Below, piece by piece: positions 32,498 to 41,905 of a stretch of 64,000 nucleotides of DNA. The notes beneath the pieces were generated by a model. That model was not told the origin of the DNA and searched no databases. It worked only from the letters and a program-made list of their open reading frames with translations. This DNA is from Gloeobacterales cyanobacterium. Lineage in GTDB: Bacteria > Cyanobacteriota > Cyanobacteriia > Gloeobacterales > PMM-0068. Positions within the stretch are counted from its first letter, which is position 1. Each line of letters begins with the position of its first letter. The position numbers and the translations under genes are program-made. Location: positions 54,161-118,160 of the forward strand of contig JBBRSB010000012.1 of the NCBI GenBank assembly GCA_038245785.1, written 5' to 3'.

Positions 32498-34582
32498 TTG
32501 TTGGAATCGCCCATGCAGGCTCTCACTTTCGCCCTCCCCCTCGATTTTTATCAAATTCTCAATGTGCCGCACAACGCCCATGTGCGGCAGGTAGAGCAGG
32601 CTTTTTCAGACCGTAAGGAACAACATCCCCGTGCGGATTTCTCTGAAGCGGTCAAACAAGAACGGCAAAACCTGATTCTTCGAGCCTACGAAACCTTGAA
32701 GGACCCAGAGGAACGGAGCCAGTACGACCAAAATTTGGCAGTATCCACAGCAAAACTTCAACTAGAGCATCATCAGCTTGTGGCAGGTCTGATTCTACTG
32801 CTAGAAAGTGGTGAGGCTCCAGAAGTACTCTCTTCGATTCGCTCTTTTCAGCCCAGCTTTTCCAGCGGCGCTGGTTCTTCCTTCTCGGAGCAAGATTTTG
32901 CGCTGCTTGCTATCCTTGCTCATAAAGAACTAGCCCAAGAGTTGCGATTGAGAGGTCAGTTGGAAGCGGCGGCGGCAGAACTAGAAGCCGTTTCTGTCCG
33001 CCTCCAGGACTCGGGTAAATTTCTCTCTTTGCAAAAAGAACTGAATCAGTGGCTTCTCCATATCCGGCCGGAGCGCGTGCTCACCTTGCTAAAAAGTGAG
33101 AATCCTGAATCTAGAACTTTAGGAATTACCCTTTTTCAGCAATGGTTAGAGGAACGTGAGGGTATAGAAGGGAATGGTTCGGATGGCTCTGGCTTGGACC
33201 GTAATGGCCTCTTTCAGTTTCTTGAGACCGTGCTACCGCTCTTAGATGGCGATGAGCAGCTCCAGATTTTTGCTATCGAAGCAGAGCGTCCTTCGGTCGC
33301 AGCAGCCTATCTCGCAGCCCAAGCGCTCCTTGCTCAAGGCTACGCTGCGGGGGATCCTCATGCGGTGCGTAGAGCGAGAGGCTATTTCATCCGTCTCAAT
33401 CAACGCCGAGATGTTCATATCGAGTTGGCGGTGTGCGCTTTGCTGCTAGGTCAAGCAGAAGAAGCAGAAAGAGCGCTCGTACACAGTAAAGAAACAGGCA
33501 TCCTTGATATCATTAAGCAGCGTTCTGCAGGTTCTCCCGATCTCTTACCAGGTCTTTGTCAGTATGCGGAAGAATGGCTAGGGACGTTGACCCGCCAGAT
33601 TCGGAACCTCAAGAGTCCAGATGAAAAAGAAGCACGTTCGTTAAAAGCTTACTTCGCTCATTCAGGAGTACAAACTTACTTGGAAAATCTATCTGGTGAT
33701 GAGAACGGACAAAAAGAGGGTGATGCGCTCAATCCTCTTTATTTAGAGCAAGGTCGTTCACCCTCAAAAGCCCCCCTGAGGGACAATCTCGTCGTAGCTC
33801 AGCGGACAAGGTTGAATACTCCACCGCAGAAGAAGACTGGAACACGTCCACCGGAAAATGGAAGACGTAGACGCAGAGGCTCCTCAGTTAGCCCTGATGC
33901 GGTCAGAAAACTGGGCTGGGCAGCAGCCGTAATGACGGTTGTAGTCTGCGGCAGCTTTATTGCCTATCGGAACAGTGTTATTAATAAAGCGGCTCCAGAT
34001 ACCGTTGCCGTTGCACCTGTAGCTGTACAACAGCCTCCAGTGACGAATACCGCTGCTCCACAACCCGTTACGCCACCAGCAGCAGCAATTGACAATGGAG
34101 TAGGGACTCCCCCTGCGACACAGGCGGTTGAAACAACTACCCCTCCTCCGGCGGCGACAACCACCGCAGCAGCGTCCACTACCACAACACCCGCCACCGC
34201 CGATAAAGTGACGCCTGAAGTAGCTGGTCAGCTCATCACCAATTGGCAGAAACGCAAGGCTGAGGCTTTAGGCTCTGGACGTAAGTTTGCTGGTCTTGCG
34301 GAAGTTTTAGCAGAACCGGAATTGTCTCGATGGAAAAGCCGAGCCCAAGGAATGCCTGGAAAGGCCCAATGGAACTACACGCTCAAGGATCTTAAAGTCT
34401 CTAAGGTCACCCCCAAAGGCCCCACAAAAGTAGATGTAACGGCTGAAGTATCTGAAAATGCGGAATTTTTGGTCGGAGGCAAGAAGAACGAAGCCCGCTC
34501 CTACAACAAACCCTATACAGCAACGTATACGTTAGTCCGGCAGAATGACCAATGGAAAATTATCCAGATGAAGGTCCTTTAG
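32498..34582 (+). CDS. ftn2: Cell division protein Ftn2/ZipN (ARC6 family)
   Basis: N-terminal J-like domain (PLDFYQIL), DLLPGLC, TM helix, C-terminal IMS/DUF4101-like domain. Confidence 0.88.
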   Translation: MLESPMQALTFALPLDFYQILNVPHNAHVRQVEQAFSDRKEQHPRADFSEAVKQERQNLILRAYETLKDPEERSQYDQNLAVSTAKLQLEHHQLVAGLILLLESGEAPEVLSSIRSFQPSFSSGAGSSFSEQDFALLAILAHKELAQELRLRGQLEAAAAELEAVSVRLQDSGKFLSLQKELNQWLLHIRPERVLTLLKSENPESRTLGITLFQQWLEEREGIEGNGSDGSGLDRNGLFQFLETVLPLLDGDEQLQIFAIEAERPSVAAAYLAAQALLAQGYAAGDPHAVRRARGYFIRLNQRRDVHIELAVCALLLGQAEEAERALVHSKETGILDIIKQRSAGSPDLLPGLCQYAEEWLGTLTRQIRNLKSPDEKEARSLKAYFAHSGVQTYLENLSGDENGQKEGDALNPLYLEQGRSPSKAPLRDNLVVAQRTRLNTPPQKKTGTRPPENGRRRRRGSSVSPDAVRKLGWAAAVMTVVVCGSFIAYRNSVINKAAPDTVAVAPVAVQQPPVTNTAAPQPVTPPAAAIDNGVGTPPATQAVETTTPPPAATTTAAASTTTTPATADKVTPEVAGQLITNWQKRKAEALGSGRKFAGLAEVLAEPELSRWKSRAQGMPGKAQWNYTLKDLKVSKVTPKGPTKVDVTAEVSENAEFLVGGKKNEARSYNKPYTATYTLVRQNDQWKIIQMKVL

Positions 34583-34611
34583 TTCCAACAAAACAGAGTT
34601 AGGGCCTGCTT

Positions 34612-35325
34612 ATGGCAGTACAACTTGATAAAGTCGTACCCTTTGGCCGCTCCCTTATGGAATATAAACTCATGTTCCAGCTCTCCTCTCAAGATATGGA
34701 ACGGGAGATCTTGGATATCGCGGGAGGTCCTGCTAGCTTTAATGCCGAGATGTCTCAGCTCGGTTATACCGTTATCTCGATTGATCCCGTTTATGCATTC
34801 ACGGGTCAAGAGATTCAAAAACGATTTGATGCGTGTGTAGACAACATCATTGAACAAGTTAAGTCAAGTCCCGATGATTGGATCTGGAATTATCACAAAT
34901 CTGCTGACGATCTGCGCAGTAATCGAGAGAAGGCTCTAGCGCTTTTTCTTTCCGATTATGAAAAAGGAAAAGCTGAATATCGTTATCTCGCGGGAGAACT
35001 GCCTGATCTGCCAACAGACAAAAAGTACGATTTAGTTCTATGCTCACACTTCTTATTTCTCTATTCAAAACAGCTCAGCTATGATTTCCATCAACAGGCT
35101 ATTTTGAAATTATTAGAACATTCGAATGAACTTAGGATTTTTCCCTTGCTAACCCTAGAGTTACAGCGCTCACCCCATCTGGATTTGATACGGGAAGAAT
35201 TGAATCAACAAGGCTACACCTCGGAAATAATCAAAGTAGACTATGAAATCCAACGGGGTGGAAATGAGATGCTGAAGATTCAAGGGCCCTCACCCCGGCC
35301 CTCTCCCGCAGGAGAGGGAGTCTAG
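34612..35325 (+). CDS. Putative SAM-dependent methyltransferase
   Basis: ILDIAGGPASF, DLVLCSHFLFLYS, ELRIFPL; 3' end runs through a REP-like repeat. Confidence 0.85.
   Translation: MAVQLDKVVPFGRSLMEYKLMFQLSSQDMEREILDIAGGPASFNAEMSQLGYTVISIDPVYAFTGQEIQKRFDACVDNIIEQVKSSPDDWIWNYHKSADDLRSNREKALALFLSDYEKGKAEYRYLAGELPDLPTDKKYDLVLCSHFLFLYSKQLSYDFHQQAILKLLEHSNELRIFPLLTLELQRSPHLDLIREELNQQGYTSEIIKVDYEIQRGGNEMLKIQGPSPRPSPAGEGV
35287..35321 (+). repeat. REP-like palindromic repeat (left copy)
   Basis: CCCTCACCCCGGCCCTCTCC-CGCA-GGAGAGGGAGT. Confidence 0.85.
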
Positions 35326-35371
35326 ATAATTCTGGGTATTCTTTGGGTGGGGCTATCTGGCAACCATTCAG

Positions 35372-35749
35372 ATGGATGAGGAGATTGCTAGGTTATTCGG
35401 TTGTAGGCGACAAATTCCACGAGTATTGCTGCAACGTGCGCGTGAACTCAGAGACCGACAAACTTCAGCCGAAACAGTGCTTTGGGAGTGTTTGCGAGAC
35501 CGCAGTTTGCTGGATGCCAAGTTTCGTCGACAGCACAATATAGGACGATACATTGCTGATTTTTACTGCCATGCATCTCTTTTAGTGGTTGAGGTGGATG
35601 GAGAAATTCATGATCTCCAACAGGCCAAGGACGCAGAACGTGATGCTTGGATGCAGTCCCATGGCCTGATTGTTCTCCGATTCAAGAATCACCAAGTTTT
35701 TGAGGATCTTGAGGAAGTATTGAACACGATTGCAGCGCACCTTATGTGA
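35372..35749 (+). CDS. DUF559 (Vsr-like) endonuclease
   Basis: ARELR, TSAETVLW, KFRRQH, YIADFYC, EVDG..H, D..RD. Confidence 0.93.
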   Translation: MDEEIARLFGCRRQIPRVLLQRARELRDRQTSAETVLWECLRDRSLLDAKFRRQHNIGRYIADFYCHASLLVVEVDGEIHDLQQAKDAERDAWMQSHGLIVLRFKNHQVFEDLEEVLNTIAAHLM

Positions 35750-35752
35750 AAA

Positions 35753-35793
35753 ACTCCCCTTCTCCTATGGGAGAAGGGGCCGGGGGATGAGGG
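35753..35793 (-). repeat. REP-like palindromic repeat (right copy, inverted)
   Basis: Reverse complement CCCTCATCCCCCGGCCCCTTCTCC-CATA-GGAGAAGGGGAGT matches the left copy. Confidence 0.85.
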
Positions 35794-35805
35794 TAAAATA
35801 GCGAA

Positions 35806-36654
35806 ATGTCACACACTATCAATCTTCTCCTCACCGCTGATGTCATGGGTCGTCCTGGCCGTAGACTATTGGCGGCGCTGGTTCCCCAATTACGTAGGCA
35901 CTATGACCTCCATGGGGTGTTCATTAATGGAGAGAACGTTGCTCACGGTTTCGGTATGGGGCTCAAGCAATACAAAGAACTTTGTGATGCAGGTGTTGAT
36001 GGCTTTTCTATGGGTAACCACGTTTGGGACCAAAGAGAACTTATAGAGTTTATTGACCAAGTGCCGAATATTATCCGGCCAGCCAACTTTCCTCCCGGTA
36101 CACCTGGGAAAGGGGCTGCGGTTGTAGATTGTCAGAATAGTGCTGGACAGATTGCTTCTGTTGGCATGGTCAACATCATGGGTCGAGTGTTTATGCAGGC
36201 CCTGGATTGTCCTTTCCAAGTTGTGGACCGAGAAGTCAGTGCTCTTAAAGTTGAAACTCCGGTTATTTGGGTAGATGTTCATGCAGAGGCAAGTAGTGAG
36301 AAACAAGCCATGGGTTGGTATCTGGCGGGTCAGGTAACTGCCGTAACCGGTTCTCATAGCCATGTGCAAACTGCTGATGAACGGATTTTGCCCGGTGGCA
36401 CTGCCTTCATTACCGATATTGGTCTGACCGGACCAATGGATGGAGTGATTGGAATGGAAAAAGAAGGAGCTATTTATCGCATGGTAAAGCAAATGCCTGC
36501 CCGTCTGAATGTATTGGAAACAGGAGCAGTACAGTTTTGTGGGTTGCTCCTCGAAGTGGACCCGGAAACAGGGAAAACGCTTGCTCTAGAAAGGCTTCAG
36601 TATCGTTATGAAACGATTGAAGAAGCGGAATCGAGCTGCTTATTCCCTAGTTAA
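35806..36654 (+). CDS. ymdB: YmdB/TIGR00282 family metallophosphoesterase
   Basis: DVMGRPG, NGEN, GNHVWD, RPANFP, DVHAEASSEK, GSHSHVQTAD. Confidence 0.93.
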   Translation: MSHTINLLLTADVMGRPGRRLLAALVPQLRRHYDLHGVFINGENVAHGFGMGLKQYKELCDAGVDGFSMGNHVWDQRELIEFIDQVPNIIRPANFPPGTPGKGAAVVDCQNSAGQIASVGMVNIMGRVFMQALDCPFQVVDREVSALKVETPVIWVDVHAEASSEKQAMGWYLAGQVTAVTGSHSHVQTADERILPGGTAFITDIGLTGPMDGVIGMEKEGAIYRMVKQMPARLNVLETGAVQFCGLLLEVDPETGKTLALERLQYRYETIEEAESSCLFPS

Positions 36655-37128
36655 ATTTCGTTCATCCATAGTTTGTAGAATTTCTTGAGCAACGGGAGCG
36701 TTCCCTGAGGCCATTCCTAAAGCTTTTGCAAAGGCTTCTCGTGCTTTGTCCTTCTCTGCCAGGTCATCCAGAATCAAGGCAAGATTATATTGAGCTTTGA
36801 AATGGTCCGGCTTGATTGCCAGGGTTTTACGGAAGGCATCACGGGCTTCTGATTTTTTGCCTGCTTCAGACATTAAGAGACCCATATTGTAATAGAGCGA
36901 AGCATTCTGCTTACTGAGTTTCTTTTCGCTATCGAGTTTAGCCGCTGTTCCATACGTGGTGATCGCAGATGATCTATAACCACTGTCGGCCAGGGTATTT
37001 GCTTCATGCATCATGTCTGCAATCCGGTCTGCCCATGCGGGCGTAGATAGACTCACCATACCGGCGAGCGCGAGACTCCCTACTGTTAAGAGATCTTGTT
37101 GAAAAAGTTTCATGTTCTTACTCTTCAC
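36640..37128 (-). CDS. Secreted TPR protein
   Basis: Signal peptide ending AWA; two TPR-like motifs (YYNMG, QYNLA). Confidence 0.85.
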   Translation of the reverse strand: MKSKNMKLFQQDLLTVGSLALAGMVSLSTPAWADRIADMMHEANTLADSGYRSSAITTYGTAAKLDSEKKLSKQNASLYYNMGLLMSEAGKKSEARDAFRKTLAIKPDHFKAQYNLALILDDLAEKDKAREAFAKALGMASGNAPVAQEILQTMDERNLTRE

Positions 37129-37180
37129 ACTCCATCACTTCTTGACGCCATTCAGATGTCCCTCTGTTCCTGATCTAAGA

Positions 37181-38563
37181 CTAGGATAGGCGTTGAAGGG
37201 TCACGGTTGCGGCTTGCGTGATCAGAGGTCCTAAAGTTTTTCCCACTACCCCTAAATGTTTCTCCGCTAAGAAACGGGCTCGTCCTGCATAAATGGCTGT
37301 GCGCAGTTTAACCTGTGAATGGTCTGCCTTATAAGTCAGGACATTGTGCCCAGCCCGCTTCCATTCGGGCCGTCCATCCGCTTCTGTTTCGGTGAGTTTG
37401 CCTTCTGAAACTACGCGGTCAAAGAGGGCAGTTCCCGGCAAAGGATAGGTAATAGTGAAACTCAAATAATCCAAGGGCAGGGTTGGGATGAAACGCAGCG
37501 TATCTAACATTTCTGAGGTTGTTTCGCCAGGATAACCAATTTGGAAAAAGGCTGCCGGTTTTATACCGACTTGTTGGGCGGCATGGATGGCGTTATGGAC
37601 TTTTTCTGGGGTGAATTTTTTGCCCATCTGTTTTAAGACGCGCATCGAACCAGATTCTACCCCAAAGAATATCCGGTCGCAGCCTGCTTCTGCCATTTTG
37701 GTAAACACTTTAGGATTGACATCCACTCGGCCTAGACAATCCCATTTAAATTTCAGTCCACGGGCCAAAATTTCATCGCAGATTTTCAAGGAGCGCTGCC
37801 AATTGAGCATGAAAATATCATCGGCAAACCAGACACGGTCGTAGCCATCGGCCAAGGCTTGTTCAATGTCCGTCATTACTTGCTCTACCGTGTGCTCCCG
37901 ATAGGTAGCACCAAAGATCGGCTGGTCACAGTATTCACAGCCATAGGGACAGCCCCGTGCCGTGAATACTGTGGTTTGCTTATAGCCAAAGTGTTTTTCC
38001 CAATAAGGCAGATAGCCCTGATGGTCAAATTGAGTGCGGTCCGGCATCGGCACCTGTTCAAGGAGGTCTTTAGCCATGAGCGGCAAGCGGGGATTTTGAA
38101 CTATTTTTCCCTGCTCGTCTTTATAGCAAAGGCTTTCCAGGTCGTTACAGGCTTGGTTAGCGTGGAGACGTCCTAGCAGTTTTTCCCAGACCAGTTCTCC
38201 TTCTCCCTGCATCACAAAATCAAAGAGGGGCAAGAAAAGCTTGGGATTGCCAGAAGGCATTGGGCCGCCAGCGATTAAGGGAACAGAATTTCCCAGTTTC
38301 TCCCGCAGCTGCTGACTTATGTATTCCGCATCTTCCCGCATGGTCACCATGCAATAGACGCCAATCGCTTTCGGATTTTCCCGAATCGCCTCTTCCACCG
38401 CCCAATCGGTTCCCTTGAAGGTACAGTCCAAAAGTCGGACGGTGAAACCTTTGCTCTGGAGATAGCTAGCGATAAAGCCTTGGCCTAAGGGCGGAAAGAG
38501 CCAGAGATTGCGCCGGGGATTCTCTCGGTGGACATAGGGATAAATTAGAACAAGGTCAGCCAT
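37181..38563 (-). CDS. Cobalamin-binding radical SAM protein
   Basis: N-terminal B12-binding domain (PPLG, GGP); ARGCPYGCEYC; GVESGS; PLPGT. Confidence 0.93.
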   Translation of the reverse strand: MADLVLIYPYVHRENPRRNLWLFPPLGQGFIASYLQSKGFTVRLLDCTFKGTDWAVEEAIRENPKAIGVYCMVTMREDAEYISQQLREKLGNSVPLIAGGPMPSGNPKLFLPLFDFVMQGEGELVWEKLLGRLHANQACNDLESLCYKDEQGKIVQNPRLPLMAKDLLEQVPMPDRTQFDHQGYLPYWEKHFGYKQTTVFTARGCPYGCEYCDQPIFGATYREHTVEQVMTDIEQALADGYDRVWFADDIFMLNWQRSLKICDEILARGLKFKWDCLGRVDVNPKVFTKMAEAGCDRIFFGVESGSMRVLKQMGKKFTPEKVHNAIHAAQQVGIKPAAFFQIGYPGETTSEMLDTLRFIPTLPLDYLSFTITYPLPGTALFDRVVSEGKLTETEADGRPEWKRAGHNVLTYKADHSQVKLRTAIYAGRARFLAEKHLGVVGKTLGPLITQAATVTLQRLS

Positions 38564-38664
38564 GACTTCATGCTTTGGGATCGCCCTCTAGCGTAGCAAC
38601 GGAAGCCTATCTTGCTCTATTCTCATCCACTGGACTTAACAAGTCCTTTCGTTTACGAACCCAC

Positions 38665-41600
38665 TCAGTGCCCTTTGGAAGAACTTTCCATCCCTAACTG
38701 AGGACTTGTTTTCTTGAATTTTTTGGATTGGCGTTCTCGAATGGACTCACGGATACTGCCAATAACGATGTAGAGCACGGGTACAATGAATAGACTCAAG
38801 AAGGTAGAAACAATCATGCCTCCGAGGATTGAGGTACCCAGGGATTGACGAGCTGCAGCTCCGGCTCCTGTTGCAATAGCCAGGGGAAGAATCCCAAAGA
38901 TAAAGGCAAGCGAGGTCATTAGGATCGGACGCAGCCGTTCTTCAGCAGACTTGATTGCTGCATCTGTGATGGAGAGTCCCTTGTCTCTCAACTGATTGGC
39001 AAACTCTACAATCAAGATCGCATTCTTACTAGCTAGTCCAATAAGCATGACTAGACCAATCTGACCGTAAACATCATTAGGTAGACCGCGTAGTAACTGT
39101 GCGCTCAAAGCTCCTAAAACGGCCAAAGGCACAGCCAGGATGATAATCAGAGGGTCTATAAAACTTTCATATTGAGCCGCCAGGACTAGAAAGACGAAAA
39201 CCAATCCCAGCCCAAAAAGTAGAGAGGCCTGACCACCCGACTTAATTTCTTCTAGAGAAAGACCTGTCCAGGAATATTCAATTCCTTGGGGCAGTGTCTC
39301 CTGGGCGAGCTTTTCAATCGCTTGAATAGCCTGTCCAGAGCTAGAGCCTGGTGCCGCTGAACCGGTTATCTGAGCAGAACGGAATAGGTTGTAGTGGGTA
39401 ATAATCTGAGGAGCCGTTGTCGGCTTCACTGTCACTAGATTACTTAAGGGAATCATCTGGTTTTGATTGGACCGCACATACAAAAGACGAATATCCCGTG
39501 GATTAGAGCGGAACTGCTGGTCTGCTTGAACAATGACCCGATAGTTACGTTCAAACAGATTAAAGTCATTCACATAGGACGAACCTAAATAAATTTGCAA
39601 GGTGCTAAAGACATCTTGTAAATTTACTTGCAGCGCCAGGGCTCGATTGCGGTTTACCTCAATTAGTATCTGTGGTGAGTTGATCGCAAAGGGTGTATTA
39701 ACGCGGAATAATCCAGGATCTGTACTTGCTTTTTGAACTATCCCATTAGCAGCGGTAGACAACTCTTGTAATCCACTGTTTCCCTTGTCTTGAAGCTGGA
39801 AATCGAATCCACCCAAACTGCTACCAACATTAATCGTGGGCGGATTGGCAGCAAAGATAGTGGCTCCTGGAATTCGTGAAAATGAACCCATGGCTTGACC
39901 AATAATCTCTTCTACAGACCGCTCGCGTTCAGACCAGGGCTTTAGCGTAGTAAAAATGATCCCCTTATTCGGGCCATTGCCTGTAAAGCTAAATCCACTA
40001 ACAGCAAAGGTCGCCGTAGCTTCTGGGAGTTTCCGCAGGTCTTGTTCTGCCTGCCGCAAAATATCGCTGGTATACTCCAGGGAAACTCCCTCAGGCGCTT
40101 GAACCAAGGTGATGAAGTAGCCCTGGTCTTCATCAGGAACAAAGCCAGTAGGCGCTATCCGAAATAGGACATAGGTCAAGCCTAGGGCAACGGCAAAGCC
40201 CGCTATAACGAAGCCTTTAAAGCGATTTAGCCAACCTAGCGAACGATGGTAACCCGCACGTGTTTTGTCAATTCCTCCGTTGATTGCGTTGAAAAAACGG
40301 TTTTGAGGCCGCTGCTCTTGGCGCAGAAGCAGTGCGGACAACGCGGGCGTCAGGGTTAAGGCATTAAAAGTCGAAAGGGCAATTGAAAAGGCAATCGTGA
40401 GGGCGAACTGTTGATACAGCCGCCCCGTTACTCCAGGAAAAAAGGCTACCGGGATGAACACAGCCATTAGCACCAGAGAAGTTGCTAAGACTGCCCCCGT
40501 CACTTCTGCCATCGCTTCTACGGCTGCCTGACGGGGACTGATGCCCTTTTCTTCAATCGAACGGGTAATATTCTCAACCACCACAATCGCATCATCTACG
40601 ACGAGACCCGTTGCCAGAATCAGGCCAAACAGTGTCAAGCTATTAATCGAAAATCCAAAAACTTTAATGAAGGCAAAGGTTCCAATGAGAGAAACAGGAA
40701 TGGTAATTGCTGGAATCAGCGTCGCGCGCCAATCCTGCAAGAACAGGAAGATGACTAAGACGACCAGGCCAACTGCTAGTACAAGAGTAATTATCACCTC
40801 TCGGATCGACTCTTCTACGGCCAGCGTGGTGTCGAACGCCACCTTATACTTCATCCCTGGTGGAAATTTTTTGCTTAACTCCGCAAGCGCGGTCTGGGCT
40901 TCTCTAGATACCTCTAAAGCATTGCTGCCGGTGAGTTGAGAAACCCCCAGGCCCACGCCTTCCTGACCACTGAAGCGCAGACCGGATGAGTAATCTTGGG
41001 CTCCCAGTTCAACACGCCCTACATCTCTTAACTTGATCAGAGCTCCATCAGTGCCTGTCTTGAGCACGATATCGGCAAATTCTTTTTCGCTCTTGAGTCG
41101 GCTCACGGCCTGTAGGTTGATTTGAAATTGTTGACCTTTAGGAGCGGGTGATTGTCCAATTTGTCCGGCCCCCACCTGTATGTTCTGCTGCTGGAGGGCA
41201 CTGACGACATCCTGAGCCGTTAACCCACGACTGGCCAAACGATTAGGGTCTAGCCATAAGCGCATCGCATACTTGCGTTCACCAAAGATTTGTACGTTGC
41301 CAACTCCAGGTAAACGCTTAAGCGGGTCCACTAAATACAAGTCTGCATAGTTACTCAAGAACGCTGGACTGTATTTATTGTTATCAGAATAGAGACCGAT
41401 AGCCAGGACAAACCCTGCGGTGGAACCCTTACTAACTTTGACCCCTGTTTGCCTTACTTCGGCAGGTAATTGTGATTGCACCACGGAAATTCGATTCTGC
41501 ACATCCACCGCTGCAATATCTTTATTTCTGCCTTGCTCAAAGGTGGCGGTAATAGAACTGGTTCCACTGCTGCTGCTCGAAGAAATATATTGCATGCCCT

Positions 41601-41820
41601 CTACACCGTTGATCTCCCGTTCCAGCAGGGAAGTGACGGAAGTTTCCACCGTTTCGGCACTGGCTCCAGGGTAGGTTGCATCCACCTGAACAGTGGGCGG
41701 AGTAATGTCGGGGTAATATTCAATCGGCAGAGACGGTATGCTCACCGCCCCCACAAGAATGAGGATCAGGGAGCAGACAGTAGCAAAAATAGGTCGCTTG
41801 ATGAAGAAATTAACAAACAT
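38665..41820 (-). CDS. RND efflux permease (AcrB/HAE1 family)
   Basis: FIKRPIFA, GLVVDDAIVVVEN, KNAILIVEFA, RLRPILMTS. Confidence 0.97.
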   Translation of the reverse strand: MFVNFFIKRPIFATVCSLILILVGAVSIPSLPIEYYPDITPPTVQVDATYPGASAETVETSVTSLLEREINGVEGMQYISSSSSSGTSSITATFEQGRNKDIAAVDVQNRISVVQSQLPAEVRQTGVKVSKGSTAGFVLAIGLYSDNNKYSPAFLSNYADLYLVDPLKRLPGVGNVQIFGERKYAMRLWLDPNRLASRGLTAQDVVSALQQQNIQVGAGQIGQSPAPKGQQFQINLQAVSRLKSEKEFADIVLKTGTDGALIKLRDVGRVELGAQDYSSGLRFSGQEGVGLGVSQLTGSNALEVSREAQTALAELSKKFPPGMKYKVAFDTTLAVEESIREVIITLVLAVGLVVLVIFLFLQDWRATLIPAITIPVSLIGTFAFIKVFGFSINSLTLFGLILATGLVVDDAIVVVENITRSIEEKGISPRQAAVEAMAEVTGAVLATSLVLMAVFIPVAFFPGVTGRLYQQFALTIAFSIALSTFNALTLTPALSALLLRQEQRPQNRFFNAINGGIDKTRAGYHRSLGWLNRFKGFVIAGFAVALGLTYVLFRIAPTGFVPDEDQGYFITLVQAPEGVSLEYTSDILRQAEQDLRKLPEATATFAVSGFSFTGNGPNKGIIFTTLKPWSERERSVEEIIGQAMGSFSRIPGATIFAANPPTINVGSSLGGFDFQLQDKGNSGLQELSTAANGIVQKASTDPGLFRVNTPFAINSPQILIEVNRNRALALQVNLQDVFSTLQIYLGSSYVNDFNLFERNYRVIVQADQQFRSNPRDIRLLYVRSNQNQMIPLSNLVTVKPTTAPQIITHYNLFRSAQITGSAAPGSSSGQAIQAIEKLAQETLPQGIEYSWTGLSLEEIKSGGQASLLFGLGLVFVFLVLAAQYESFIDPLIIILAVPLAVLGALSAQLLRGLPNDVYGQIGLVMLIGLASKNAILIVEFANQLRDKGLSITDAAIKSAEERLRPILMTSLAFIFGILPLAIATGAGAAARQSLGTSILGGMIVSTFLSLFIVPVLYIVIGSIRESIRERQSKKFKKTSPQLGMESSSKGH

Positions 41821-41905
41821 AGCTTTGGGGAGTAAGGAGGGAACGAGTCGTAGGTCGTGAGCATGGGCTAATCAAACATACGGGCATCGGTCTGAGGAAC
41901 CAGGA

